From NCBI GenBank assembly GCA_910587735.1, contig CAJUNT010000003.1:16515-80514 (forward strand): a DNA stretch of 64,000 bases, given 5' to 3'. Shown here piece by piece: positions 10,425 to 20,045 of the stretch (positions are counted from its first letter, which is position 1; the number at the start of each line of letters is the position of its first letter). A program made the translations under genes and the position numbers. Under the pieces are notes generated by a model. The model did no database searches. It was not told the origin of the DNA and saw only the letters and a program-made list of their open reading frames with translations. The DNA comes from an uncultured Clostridia bacterium. Lineage in GTDB: Bacteria > Bacillota > Clostridia > Lachnospirales > Anaerotignaceae.

Positions 10425-10874
10425 GTGCTATTTGATATATTATTTATAGTGCTTATTATCATTATTATTGCGCTTGCAGTATTGTATTATTTTAATCGTA
10501 AAAATATGGGGAAAATGGTACAAGCACAAGACTTTATTGAACAAAATAAGGTTTTGACACAAATTTTTGTAATAGACAAAAAAATGGAAAAACCATCTCC
10601 TACAAACATGACAAAAGCTGTATATGAGCAAATGCCTAAAACAGCAAAAATGAGAAAAATGCCTTTGGTAAAGGCAAAGGTAGGACCACAGATTGTAAAT
10701 TTAATGTGTGACAAATCTGTTTTTGAAATTATACCAGTAAAAAAGAATGTAAAAGTTGAATTAGCAGGAATTTATATTGTAAAAGTGCAGGGAACGAATT
10801 TAGCAAATAAAAAGAAAAAAACATTTGGCGAAAAAATGAGTTTGAAAATGAAGGAAATGCAGGAAAAAAAATAG
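10425..10874 (+). CDS. hypothetical protein with N-terminal TM helix
   Basis: GAGGAGG RBS, GTG start, terminator downstream. Confidence 0.8.
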   Translation: MLFDILFIVLIIIIIALAVLYYFNRKNMGKMVQAQDFIEQNKVLTQIFVIDKKMEKPSPTNMTKAVYEQMPKTAKMRKMPLVKAKVGPQIVNLMCDKSVFEIIPVKKNVKVELAGIYIVKVQGTNLANKKKKTFGEKMSLKMKEMQEKK

Positions 10875-10880
10875 TAATAT

Positions 10881-10919
10881 AAAAAAAGAAGCAATGATTT
10901 ATAATATTGCTTCTTTTTT
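10881..10919. terminator. bidirectional terminator
   Basis: AAAAAAGAAGCAAT...ATTGCTTCTTTTTT between convergent genes. Confidence 0.8.
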
Positions 10920-10928
10920 ATGTATTAT

Positions 10929-11378
10929 TTAGTCTTCATCAATAATAACAACAGTACCGCCTAATCTTTTGTTTAATTCAGAGCGTGTAATTTTAATAAC
11001 ATTAGGCATAATACCTTCTGGATGTTCTGCGATGAAATAAGGGTCTTCATCGTCACAGTCATTTTCGTCTAAATAACCAGAAAAATTAGAAATAATAGAT
11101 TTCATAATTTCAACACTAGAACCCCAATAACCTAAATCTAAAAATATTTGTCTTTCTTTTTGTCCTGTTTTAGAAAATTTTGTGCTTTTATAAACAATAG
11201 CAAATAAACGACGTTCTTCCCCCTTGTATGTGAAGTAAACAGCCATTTCATTATTTTCGCCGTTTTTATTTTCATAGCGGTTGACTTTAGCGGAGGGGTC
11301 AAACCATTTTAATATAAACTGATAAATTTGCTCTAATTCAATTTCTTTTGTAATATAACCATGCGTTTTTGCTGTCAT
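10929..11378 (-). CDS. hypothetical protein (149 aa)
   Basis: AAGGAGAGAGGG RBS before ATG 11378 (MTAKTHGY...); longer track start has no RBS. Confidence 0.8.
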   Translation of the reverse strand: MTAKTHGYITKEIELEQIYQFILKWFDPSAKVNRYENKNGENNEMAVYFTYKGEERRLFAIVYKSTKFSKTGQKERQIFLDLGYWGSSVEIMKSIISNFSGYLDENDCDDEDPYFIAEHPEGIMPNVIKITRSELNKRLGGTVVIIDED

Positions 11379-11500
11379 AGTCCCTCTCTCCTTACTATAT
11401 TTAACAATGAATAGTGATTTATTTTGATATTTTCCATTATACAAGAAACAATGATATACTGCAATAGAGAAAGCAAATTGCATAAAAAAATACACATAAT

Positions 11501-12181
11501 TTAAAACAATACAGAAGTAATTCCTATATATAAAGCAGGTACAAGTAATGCAGGAAGTAAATTTAATGTTTTAATACTTTTGATATTTAATATGCCAAGT
11601 GCAGAACTCATAATCAATATACCACCCACAATAGAAATTTCTGTCATTAAGCTGTCTGTCATAAAGCTACTTATAAATTGTGCTAAAAGATAAATACTAC
11701 CTTGCCATAAAAAAAGTATTACAGCAGAAAAGGCAATACCAATACCAAAATTAGAGGCAAGTATCATAGAGGTAACACCATCTAACATAGCATTTGTAAA
11801 TAAAAGTGTATTATTTCCATTTAAGGCACTTTCTATGGGACCTAATATAGACATTGTTCCAATACAAAATAAAAGAACAGCCGTTGTGAGTCCTTGCGCT
11901 AAATTTCCAGTAGATACTTTTTTAGCAAGATTTTGAAATTTTCCATCTAAATCTATAATAGAACCAATAAGACCACCAAATGCCATACTAAATATAAATA
12001 AAACTGGATATTGACTGTTTGGCATAGCTTTTACAAAATTGCTAATTCCTAATGAAAGTGCTGCTAACCCTAAACCATTCATCATAGTGTCTTGATATTC
12101 CTGTTTAATTCCTTTGTGTAATGTAGCCCCTATTACACTGCCAGCCAATATAGTACAGCAATTTGTAATTGTTCCAAGCAT
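11501..12181 (-). CDS. DUF554 family membrane protein
   Basis: MLGTITN, LFCIGTMSILG, MLDG motifs; AAGGAGG spacing favours ATG 12181. Confidence 0.9.
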   Translation of the reverse strand: MLGTITNCCTILAGSVIGATLHKGIKQEYQDTMMNGLGLAALSLGISNFVKAMPNSQYPVLFIFSMAFGGLIGSIIDLDGKFQNLAKKVSTGNLAQGLTTAVLLFCIGTMSILGPIESALNGNNTLLFTNAMLDGVTSMILASNFGIGIAFSAVILFLWQGSIYLLAQFISSFMTDSLMTEISIVGGILIMSSALGILNIKSIKTLNLLPALLVPALYIGITSVLF

Positions 12182-12344
12182 TATCATTCCTCCTTAAATA
12201 TATTGTTGTATTTTATAATATTTTATCATATACTTATTGTACCACTTTTTTGACTGTTATGTTAGGTATGTTTATAAATTTAAAAATAATTTAAAATAAT
12301 AAAATGATATGATACATGAAAAGTAAAGAAAGAAGAGTATAAAA

Positions 12345-12812
12345 ATGAATTATCGATGTGAAATAAAAACAGATTTAGGAACTATGACATTAATTGAAAC
12401 TGAAAATAAAATTAGTCATATTAGTTTTAGTATTATGGAAAAATTGTTAGAAATACCCATTAAAAAAACAATGCTTTTAGAAAAGGCAGAACAGCAAATA
12501 TTAGAATATTTTGAAGGAAAAAGACAAAATTTTTCATTGCCTATTGCACCAGAAGGAACAGCATTTCAAAAAAAGGTATGGAAAGCATTACAAAATATTC
12601 CTTATGGACAAACACGCAGTTATGGAGAAATAGCAAAAGAGATTGGACAATGTCATGCTGTAAGAGCAGTAGGAAATGCTAATCACAATAATCCTATTGC
12701 TATTGTGATTCCTTGCCATAGAGTAATTGGAGCAAATGGAAAATTAACAGGATATTATAGTGGAATAGATAAAAAAGAGTTTCTGTTAAAATTAGAAGGT
12801 GCTTTAATATAA
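12345..12812 (+). CDS. ogt: methylated-DNA-protein-cysteine methyltransferase
   Basis: IPYGQTRSYG, RAVG, IPCHRV active site. Confidence 0.95.
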   Translation: MNYRCEIKTDLGTMTLIETENKISHISFSIMEKLLEIPIKKTMLLEKAEQQILEYFEGKRQNFSLPIAPEGTAFQKKVWKALQNIPYGQTRSYGEIAKEIGQCHAVRAVGNANHNNPIAIVIPCHRVIGANGKLTGYYSGIDKKEFLLKLEGALI

Positions 12813-12816
12813 TTAA

Positions 12817-12848
12817 TGTTCAGTGGAAAATATATTTTCCACTGAACA
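12817..12848. terminator. bidirectional terminator-like hairpin
   Basis: Perfect inverted repeat TGTTCAGTGGAAAA/TTTTCCACTGAACA between convergent genes. Confidence 0.7.
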
Positions 12849-12871
12849 AATGATATTTTTTGAAATAATAT

Positions 12872-13246
12872 TTAATTTGCTACTGTAGCACTATCTAATG
12901 ATGCATTATAAGATGTGCCTTGCAGTAAAGGTGCTGTGGGTGCAGAAGCATTATAATTGTTATAATTATTTGTACCTGCAATATCATTTCTCATACTATC
13001 ATTAGCACTACCATTTGTAATGCCATAATAATCCCAATAGCCTGCACCATTTGTATTATTAATACCAAAACGATTTAACATATTTTCTCCATCTGTACGC
13101 ATACCACTATAATCATAATTATAGTCATAAGCATTATTTCCTCGTGTTGCACCACCTAAATTATTAGATACCTTTTCACCACATGCCGTAATACCAAACA
13201 TTAATGAAAATATTGCAGCTATTGTAAATATAGGAACTTTTTTCAT
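12872..13246 (-). CDS. Asn/Gly/Tyr-rich lipoprotein, possibly spore-associated
   Basis: Lipobox ITAC; AAGGAGG RBS; low-complexity body. Confidence 0.7.
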   Translation of the reverse strand: MKKVPIFTIAAIFSLMFGITACGEKVSNNLGGATRGNNAYDYNYDYSGMRTDGENMLNRFGINNTNGAGYWDYYGITNGSANDSMRNDIAGTNNYNNYNASAPTAPLLQGTSYNASLDSATVAN

Positions 13247-13599
13247 GAAAATCCTCCTTACCAGTATTTTGTTTCATCATAATACATTATGGAATATGAT
13301 TTATAGTATACTGTAATATGATTTTAGTAAAAATAATATAGCTTTTATGAAATGAATATTTGTATTTCATTTGCAAAACAAATTTGTAATAAGATAGATT
13401 GCAAATAGTTTTATCAAATTGATTACAAATTTATTTTTTACATGAAATATTTTTTCATACAACAATAAATTTGCCATTTTGACAAAAAATAGCCAAAGTA
13501 ATTTTATTTTGTCAAATAAAGGGGTAGAAAAATAGTAAATTTTCCGATATAATAAAGTTATAAGTTGTCAAACAAATCCAAAAGAAAAAGGGTGGTATT

Positions 13600-15363
13600 A
13601 TGAATTTTCAACGAAGCAGTGGTATATTACTTCATCCCTCCAGCTTACCTAGTAAATTTGGTATAGGTGATTTCGGACCAAATGCATATAAATTTGTAGA
13701 TTATTTAGAAAAAGCCGGACAGCATATTTGGCAGGTATTACCATTAGGACCAACTAGTTTTGGAGATTCTCCTTATCAGAGTTTTTCTACATTTGCTGGA
13801 AATACATTATTTATTAGTCCTGAAATATTGTATAAAAAGGGGTACTTAGAAGAAATAGATGTGGAATTTGCACCTGGTTTTTCATGTAAAAAAACAGATT
13901 ATGGTAATGCAATTCCTTTTAAAAAGGGATTATTTGAAAAAGCATATCGTCGTTTTCAAAAAAAGGCTTTTACAGCAGACCAAGTGGAATTTCAAAAATT
14001 TTGCGATACAAATGATTTTTGGTTAGAAGATTATGCTTTATTTGCATCTTTAAAAGATTATTTTATTGCAGAGAGACAAGAAGCAGGTTTTTCAAATGAG
14101 TTTTTTGCTTTTGAAGAAAAAACTGCTAAAATATTGCCAAAAAATTTACAAAAAGACTATTATTTTGGCTCTGTTTGGAGTACATGGCCAGAAGAATTAG
14201 TGAATAGGGAATGTGGCGCATTAGAAAAATGGAAAAGAAAATTATCATCTGCTATTGACAGATATAAATTTTTACAATTTGAATTTTTCCGCCAATGGGA
14301 AGCATTAAAAAAATATGCAAATGAAAAAAATATCAAAATTATAGGAGATATTCCTATATTTGTAGCTTATGATAGTGCAGATACATGGGCGAATCCTAAA
14401 AATTATTATATAGACGAAAAGGGCTATCCTACATTAGTAGCAGGTGTTCCACCAGACTATTTTAGTGAAACAGGTCAGCTCTGGGGAAATCCTCTTTATA
14501 ATTGGGAGGAACATGAAAAAATAGGTTATCAATGGTGGATTGATAGAATACGTTATACATTAAATATGGTAGATATTCTTCGTATTGACCATTTTAGAGG
14601 TTTTGAAAGTTTTTGGGCAGTTCCTTTTGGTGACAGAGATGCAACAAAAGGAGAATGGAGAAAGGGTCCTGGTGAAAAGTTATTTACTGCTATTAAAAAG
14701 GAATTAGGAGATTTACCTATTATTGCAGAAGACTTAGGCATTATTACAGATGATGTAAGACAATTAAGAAAAAAATTAGGCTTTCCAGGTATGAGGATAT
14801 TGCATTTTGCTTTTAGTGATGACAGCAAAAATGATTATTTGCCACATAATTATGAATCTAATACAGTAGTATATACTGGTACACATGATAATGACACTAC
14901 AATAGGCTGGTATACAAATGGTACAGAACATGAAAAAGACCATGTACGTCGCTATATGAATATTAGTGGTAATGACATTGCATGGGATATGATTCGTCTT
15001 GCTATGAGTTCCTCGGCAGTGTTTGCTATATTCCCTATACAAGATGTTCTACGTTTAGACAGTAGTCATCGTATGAATGTGCCAAGTACATCAGCAGGTA
15101 ATTGGCAATTCCGTTTTGAATTATCTCAATTAAATGATGATGATGCAAATGGTTTACGTTATTTATCAGAATTATTTAATAGAATACCTGAAGTAAAAGA
15201 AGAACAACAACAAAACTCTGTTTCAGAACAACAGCAGGAAATTGTTACAGAACAACAGGAAATTATTATAGAACAGCAACAAACGGTTATCAAAGAGCAG
15301 AAAGTAGAATTTTCACCAGAAAAAGAAAAACATATAAAAAGACCGAAAAAAAGAAAAAAATAA
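13600..15363 (+). CDS. malQ: 4-alpha-glucanotransferase (GH77)
   Basis: GILLHPSSLP, RIDHFRG, IAEDLG, GTHDNDT motifs. Confidence 0.96.
   Translation: MNFQRSSGILLHPSSLPSKFGIGDFGPNAYKFVDYLEKAGQHIWQVLPLGPTSFGDSPYQSFSTFAGNTLFISPEILYKKGYLEEIDVEFAPGFSCKKTDYGNAIPFKKGLFEKAYRRFQKKAFTADQVEFQKFCDTNDFWLEDYALFASLKDYFIAERQEAGFSNEFFAFEEKTAKILPKNLQKDYYFGSVWSTWPEELVNRECGALEKWKRKLSSAIDRYKFLQFEFFRQWEALKKYANEKNIKIIGDIPIFVAYDSADTWANPKNYYIDEKGYPTLVAGVPPDYFSETGQLWGNPLYNWEEHEKIGYQWWIDRIRYTLNMVDILRIDHFRGFESFWAVPFGDRDATKGEWRKGPGEKLFTAIKKELGDLPIIAEDLGIITDDVRQLRKKLGFPGMRILHFAFSDDSKNDYLPHNYESNTVVYTGTHDNDTTIGWYTNGTEHEKDHVRRYMNISGNDIAWDMIRLAMSSSAVFAIFPIQDVLRLDSSHRMNVPSTSAGNWQFRFELSQLNDDDANGLRYLSELFNRIPEVKEEQQQNSVSEQQQEIVTEQQEIIIEQQQTVIKEQKVEFSPEKEKHIKRPKKRKK
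15193..15300 (+). repeat. imperfect ~21-bp coding tandem repeat
   Basis: Encodes SVSEQQQE-IVTEQQE-IIIEQQQ-TVIKEQ in the malQ tail. Confidence 0.65.
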
Positions 15364-15380
15364 TAGCAATATATAAAAAT

Positions 15381-15407
15381 AAAAGCTCTGAAAAATTCAG
15401 AGCTTTT
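15381..15407 (+). terminator. intrinsic terminator of malQ
   Basis: AAAAGCTCTGAA/TTCAGAGCTTTT. Confidence 0.8.
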
Positions 15408-15585
15408 ACTTGTCGAAAAAACTTATTTAAAAGACATTGATGTTATAACTAATATTTTTGTATAGTGTATAATACTTTGACTTAAAATTGACATGATAAA
15501 AAGCATTTGATATGATAATATATAAAGTTTTATTATATGAATAGTATTGATGTTGTTATAAAAATAAAAAAGGGGGCGATTTTTT

Positions 15586-16143
15586 ATGAAAAAACAACAA
15601 AATTTACAGGAAATGATTCAAAAAGATTTTGAACAGTATAATATTGTTTGGACACAGTTTTATAATGATAAAGATGCAATGGAAGCCCTTTTTTTAATGT
15701 TGATTAGTCATTATATTGATAAAATTAATGGTTTTGCAGAAGATATTGAAGTTTTGAGTGCTTATCAAAAAATAGAACAACAGGTAGAAATCTGTCGCAA
15801 AAATATTTCTCTACTAATAGAAAGAATGAAGTTATTTCAACAAAATCATTATAGTAACGATGGTTTATTAGATTTATATTTAAAGCAGGAAAAGGAAAAA
15901 GATGTCATTATAATAGAAATGGATTTTACAGCAGTTCGTTTAAGTATTGGCATTATGGAGGGAATTTCTTCCATAGAAAAAGAAGAAGTAATTGAAAAAT
16001 TAGGAGAAATAGAAGAGATTTGTAGTCTGCCTTTGACAAGAAAGAAAAAATGGGATAAATTAAGACAATATGTAGTATGGATTTCTGGCAAAGATGTTAA
16101 AATTGCTATGAAATTATTACCTTTATTTTTAAAAATACAATAA
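15586..16143 (+). CDS. hypothetical helical protein
   Basis: AGGGGG RBS; sigA-like TTGACA...TATGAT upstream; first gene of operon. Confidence 0.75.
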   Translation: MKKQQNLQEMIQKDFEQYNIVWTQFYNDKDAMEALFLMLISHYIDKINGFAEDIEVLSAYQKIEQQVEICRKNISLLIERMKLFQQNHYSNDGLLDLYLKQEKEKDVIIIEMDFTAVRLSIGIMEGISSIEKEEVIEKLGEIEEICSLPLTRKKKWDKLRQYVVWISGKDVKIAMKLLPLFLKIQ

Positions 16144-16164
16144 TGAAGGAGAAGGACTTTTAAT

Positions 16165-16953
16165 ATGATTAAATTAATTGCAACAGATATGGATGGTACA
16201 TTATTGAAAGATAATAAAGAAATTGATAGTGAAATATATGAATTACTTCCTAAAATGAAACAAAAAAATATTCATTTTGTGGCAGCAAGCGGAAGACAAC
16301 GCCCTAGTTTGGAAAAATCATTTGAACATTATTTAGAAGATGTTACAATATTAGCAGAAAATGGTGCTTATGTAGTACATAACGGAGAAGAAATTTATTC
16401 TAGTGTTATGTCAAAAGAATTGATTGATTTTATAACAGAAGAAATAAAAAAATTAAATAATGTAGGAATATTATATTGTGGCAAACATTGCTGTTATACA
16501 CCTTATATAGAATGTTACAATACATTAGCCTCTCCTAAATTTCATTATAATATAAAATTAATCAATCATTTTGATGATATTAAAGAAGATATTATTAAAG
16601 TTTCGTTAGTAGACCCACAAGGTGCAAGCAGATATAGTTTTCCTATATTAGAAAAGATATTAAAAGGAAAGGTGGAAATTGCTGTTTCTGGTTTTGACTG
16701 TATTGATATTGTTAACAAGGGTGTATCAAAAGGAAATGCTATTGAGATATTGCAAAAAAAATGGAATATTATGCCAGAAGAAACAATGACATTTGGCGAC
16801 AATTATAATGATATAGAAATGTTACAGCAAGCAAAATATAGTTTTGCTATGGCACATTCCGAACAAGGTGTAAAAAAATGTGCTAATTATATTGCTGGAG
16901 ATAATAATGAAGGAGCTGTTGTAGCACAAATTAAAAAGTTCGTCAATATTTGA
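16165..16953 (+). CDS. Cof-type HAD-IIB hydrolase
   Basis: DMDGTLL, ASGR, SKG and FGDNYND motifs. Confidence 0.93.
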   Translation: MIKLIATDMDGTLLKDNKEIDSEIYELLPKMKQKNIHFVAASGRQRPSLEKSFEHYLEDVTILAENGAYVVHNGEEIYSSVMSKELIDFITEEIKKLNNVGILYCGKHCCYTPYIECYNTLASPKFHYNIKLINHFDDIKEDIIKVSLVDPQGASRYSFPILEKILKGKVEIAVSGFDCIDIVNKGVSKGNAIEILQKKWNIMPEETMTFGDNYNDIEMLQQAKYSFAMAHSEQGVKKCANYIAGDNNEGAVVAQIKKFVNI

Positions 16954-16962
16954 GGTGAAAAG

Positions 16963-18264
16963 ATGAAAACAGTAGCAAGCCATGCATTAGGCTGCAAAGT
17001 AAATCAGTATGAAAGTGAAGCAATAGCAGAGTTATTTGAACAAAAGGGCTATACAATAGTAGACATGGAACAGCCAGCAGACGTATATATTATTAATACG
17101 TGTACAGTAACTAATTTTGGTGATAAAAAATCCAGACAACTTATTCGTAAAGTAAAAAGACAAAATCCAGATAGTATTATTGTTGTAGCTGGCTGTTATG
17201 CACAAACTGCACCTAATGAAATTATGGCAATAGATGGTGTAAATATTGTGGTAGGTACAAAAGATAGAAAACAAATTTTGAAATTAGTAGAAAATTATGA
17301 TAAAAAAGAGCAAACACAGAATTGTGTTTCTGAAATTATGCAAGAAAGAGAATTTGAGGATTTATCTATACAAAAATTGGAGAATAGAACAAGAGCATAT
17401 TTAAAAATACAAGATGGTTGTAGCCAATTTTGTTCTTACTGCATTATACCTTATGCAAGGGGTCCTATCAGAAGCAGAAAGCCGGAAGATGTAATTTCGG
17501 AGGTAATACGTTTATCAAAAAATGGATTTCAAGAAGTAATATTAGCAGGAATCCATGTAGCATCTTATGGAAAAGATTTAAAGAATATTACATTGCTTGA
17601 AATGATTCAAAAAGTGCATAATATAGAAGGAATCAAAAGAATACGATTTAGCTCTATTGAACCTAATATTGTGACAAAAGAATTTGCAGAAACATTATCT
17701 AAATTACCTAAAGTTTGTGACCACTTTCATTTGTCTTTACAAAGTGGTTGTGATAAGACATTGTATGCTATGAATAGAAAGTATAATACAGAAAGATATC
17801 GCCAAGCGGTTAATATATTAAGGGAATATATGCCTTCTGTTGCTATTACAACAGATATGATTGTAGGTTTTCCCAATGAATCCGAAGAAGACTTTTTAAA
17901 TAGCTATCAATTTGCTAAGGAAATGGAATTTTCTAAAATACACGTATTTCCTTACTCACCAAAAAGAGGAACACCAGCAGCGACAATGTCTGGGCAAATT
18001 CCTAACAGCATAAAAAATGAAAGAAGTCAAAAGCTGATTGCATTAAGTCAACAAATGACAGAATTGTTTTTAAGTCGATTTGTGGGGAAAGAAATGGAAG
18101 TACTTTATGAAAGAGAAATAGAACAAAATATATATGAAGGACATACCACGAATTATATTAAAGTGCATACAAAAAGTAATCAGAATATAACAAATAAAAT
18201 GATAAAAACAAGCATTATCAGCCAAAAAGGAGAGATTGTACAAGGTATTGTAACAAAACTGTAA
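16963..18264 (+). CDS. mtaB: tRNA t6A37 methylthiotransferase
   Basis: LGCKVNQYES, NTCTVT, radical SAM CSQFCSYC. Confidence 0.93.
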   Translation: MKTVASHALGCKVNQYESEAIAELFEQKGYTIVDMEQPADVYIINTCTVTNFGDKKSRQLIRKVKRQNPDSIIVVAGCYAQTAPNEIMAIDGVNIVVGTKDRKQILKLVENYDKKEQTQNCVSEIMQEREFEDLSIQKLENRTRAYLKIQDGCSQFCSYCIIPYARGPIRSRKPEDVISEVIRLSKNGFQEVILAGIHVASYGKDLKNITLLEMIQKVHNIEGIKRIRFSSIEPNIVTKEFAETLSKLPKVCDHFHLSLQSGCDKTLYAMNRKYNTERYRQAVNILREYMPSVAITTDMIVGFPNESEEDFLNSYQFAKEMEFSKIHVFPYSPKRGTPAATMSGQIPNSIKNERSQKLIALSQQMTELFLSRFVGKEMEVLYEREIEQNIYEGHTTNYIKVHTKSNQNITNKMIKTSIISQKGEIVQGIVTKL

Positions 18265-18376
18265 GTTTTATTCTATAAATTTTATTTGCATAATCTGTAA
18301 ATTTATATTATTATGAAACAAGAGAGCTTGTAGTTCGGAAATATGAAAAAATATATATAAGGGAGAGTGATAAGAC

Positions 18377-18640
18377 ATGGATAATTTACATGAAACACAA
18401 TTTTTTGATAGCGTAGATAAAGAAGTACAAAATGAAGCAAAAAATATATTATTAAATGTAAGTGAGGCATTAAAAGAAAAGGGATATAATCCTGTAAATC
18501 AAATTGTAGGTTATATTCTTTCTGGTGACCCTACTTATATTACAAGTCATAAAAATGCACGTTCTTTAATTCGTAAATTAGAAAGAGATGAATTACTAGA
18601 GGAACTTGTAAATAATTATTTAGAGAAGAATGTATTATGA
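18377..18640 (+). CDS. ireB: IreB/ReoM family regulatory phosphoprotein (UPF0297)
   Basis: [23 protein letters not shown] signature. Confidence 0.93.
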   Translation: MDNLHETQFFDSVDKEVQNEAKNILLNVSEALKEKGYNPVNQIVGYILSGDPTYITSHKNARSLIRKLERDELLEELVNNYLEKNVL

Positions 18641-19071
18641 GAACACTTGGACTGGATTATGGAGATAAAACAATTGGAGTTGCAGTAAGTGATGGTTTTG
18701 GCTGGACTGCACAAGGTGTAGAGGTTATTAAAAGAACTACTGATACAGAATATAAAAAAAGCATTTTAAAAATTGCAGAATTGATAAAAGAATATGAAGT
18801 GGATACCATTGTATTAGGTTATCCTAAAAATATGAACAATACGGAAGGAAAAAGATGTGAAAAAACGAAAATATTTCAAAAACATCTGGAAAAGGCATTT
18901 CCCAATATTACTGTTATACTTTGGGACGAAAGAATGAGCACTATGGCGGCAGAAAGAAGTCTTTTGGCGGCAGATATGAGTCGCAAAAAAAGAAAAAATA
19001 TAATAGATAAAATGGCAGCAGTGCATATATTGCAGGGTTATTTAGATAAAAAGCAAAATGGAAAATGTTGA
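18637..19071 (+). CDS. ruvX: Holliday junction resolvase-like RuvX/YqgF
   Basis: [30 protein letters not shown]. Confidence 0.95.
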   Translation: MRTLGLDYGDKTIGVAVSDGFGWTAQGVEVIKRTTDTEYKKSILKIAELIKEYEVDTIVLGYPKNMNNTEGKRCEKTKIFQKHLEKAFPNITVILWDERMSTMAAERSLLAADMSRKKRKNIIDKMAAVHILQGYLDKKQNGKC

Positions 19072-19079
19072 GGTGTATT

Positions 19080-19382
19080 ATGTCAAATCAATTTGATGAA
19101 GATTTGGAACAAGAATTTGAAATTGTTTCTATGGAAGATGAGAATGGTATAGAAACAGAATTTGTAATTATTGATAATATAACAAGTGGAGGCAATAGAT
19201 ATCTTTTAGTTATGGAAAGTAGCTTAATGGACGAAGAAGAAGCAGATGCCATTATATTGAAAGAAATTGCTATTGGTGCAGACGACGTCACGTATGAATG
19301 GGTAGAAGAAGATGAGGAATTTGAAAGAGTTTCTGCTTTATTTGCTGAACGAGAAGGAGAATATGACGTCAGAATAGATTAA
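19080..19382 (+). CDS. DUF1292 family acidic protein
   Basis: Acidic small protein after ruvX (usual synteny); GAGGTG RBS before ATG 19080. Confidence 0.85.
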   Translation: MSNQFDEDLEQEFEIVSMEDENGIETEFVIIDNITSGGNRYLLVMESSLMDEEEADAIILKEIAIGADDVTYEWVEEDEEFERVSALFAEREGEYDVRID

Positions 19383-20045
19383 AAAGCGTTCAAAGAAAAC
19401 AGGAGATTTGTTTTCTATTACTATAAAAAGTGTGATACAAAATATAAAAAGCAGTATTATTTTTGTAAAGCATAATAAAAGCAGTATGTCATTTTTACAA
19501 AAATAAAATGAACTGCTCTTTTTCTGTTGCATTTTCTAAAAAAAGTGAAAATAGTTTTTGCATTTGATAAGTTTAGAAAAAGCATTTGTATGGCATACTA
19601 TTTTTATAACAAAAGAACGGTAAAAGTGAGCAGATGTAAAAAATGAATAAAAATAAAATGAAAGGAGAAAACAGTTTTGTTTTTATAAAAAATCAATGCT
19701 GTTTTTTGGCGGCATTTTCTTTTTTATATAAAAGAGAAGAAATAAAAGTAAATTTTTTGTGGTATGTTAAGATAATAGACTAGTATAAAAAGAAATAGAT
19801 ATATTGCTTGAAATGAATATAATAAAACGGGGTTTCCGCCAGTAGATTGTGCTGGAAAAAAATATATATAATGTGAAAAAATGGAATTTATGTTGCATGA
19901 AAGTACTTTATTATAATATAATTTTTTCAGATTTTCTACTCTAAACAATCGTTTTTTATAATAAAATTCTTTGATTTTGTAGACAAAAAATTTTTATATC
20001 AGCTCCTTTTGAAGTCAATAAAAATAAAAAAAGGAGGTGTGTTTT

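Noticed and set aside
15193..15300. Possible CRISPR-like repeat
   Set aside because: In-frame degenerate coding repeat, no spacers, no cas genes
19659..19783. Third GAAAGGAGAA followed by a hairpin and a 25-codon TTG ORF
   Set aside because: TTG directly abuts the stem and the peptide is unrecognisable, so it is not counted as a third hairpin-bridged gene
19724..19948. 74-aa minus-strand ORF in the rnj upstream region
   Set aside because: No RBS; composition typical of chance ORFs in AT-rich DNA
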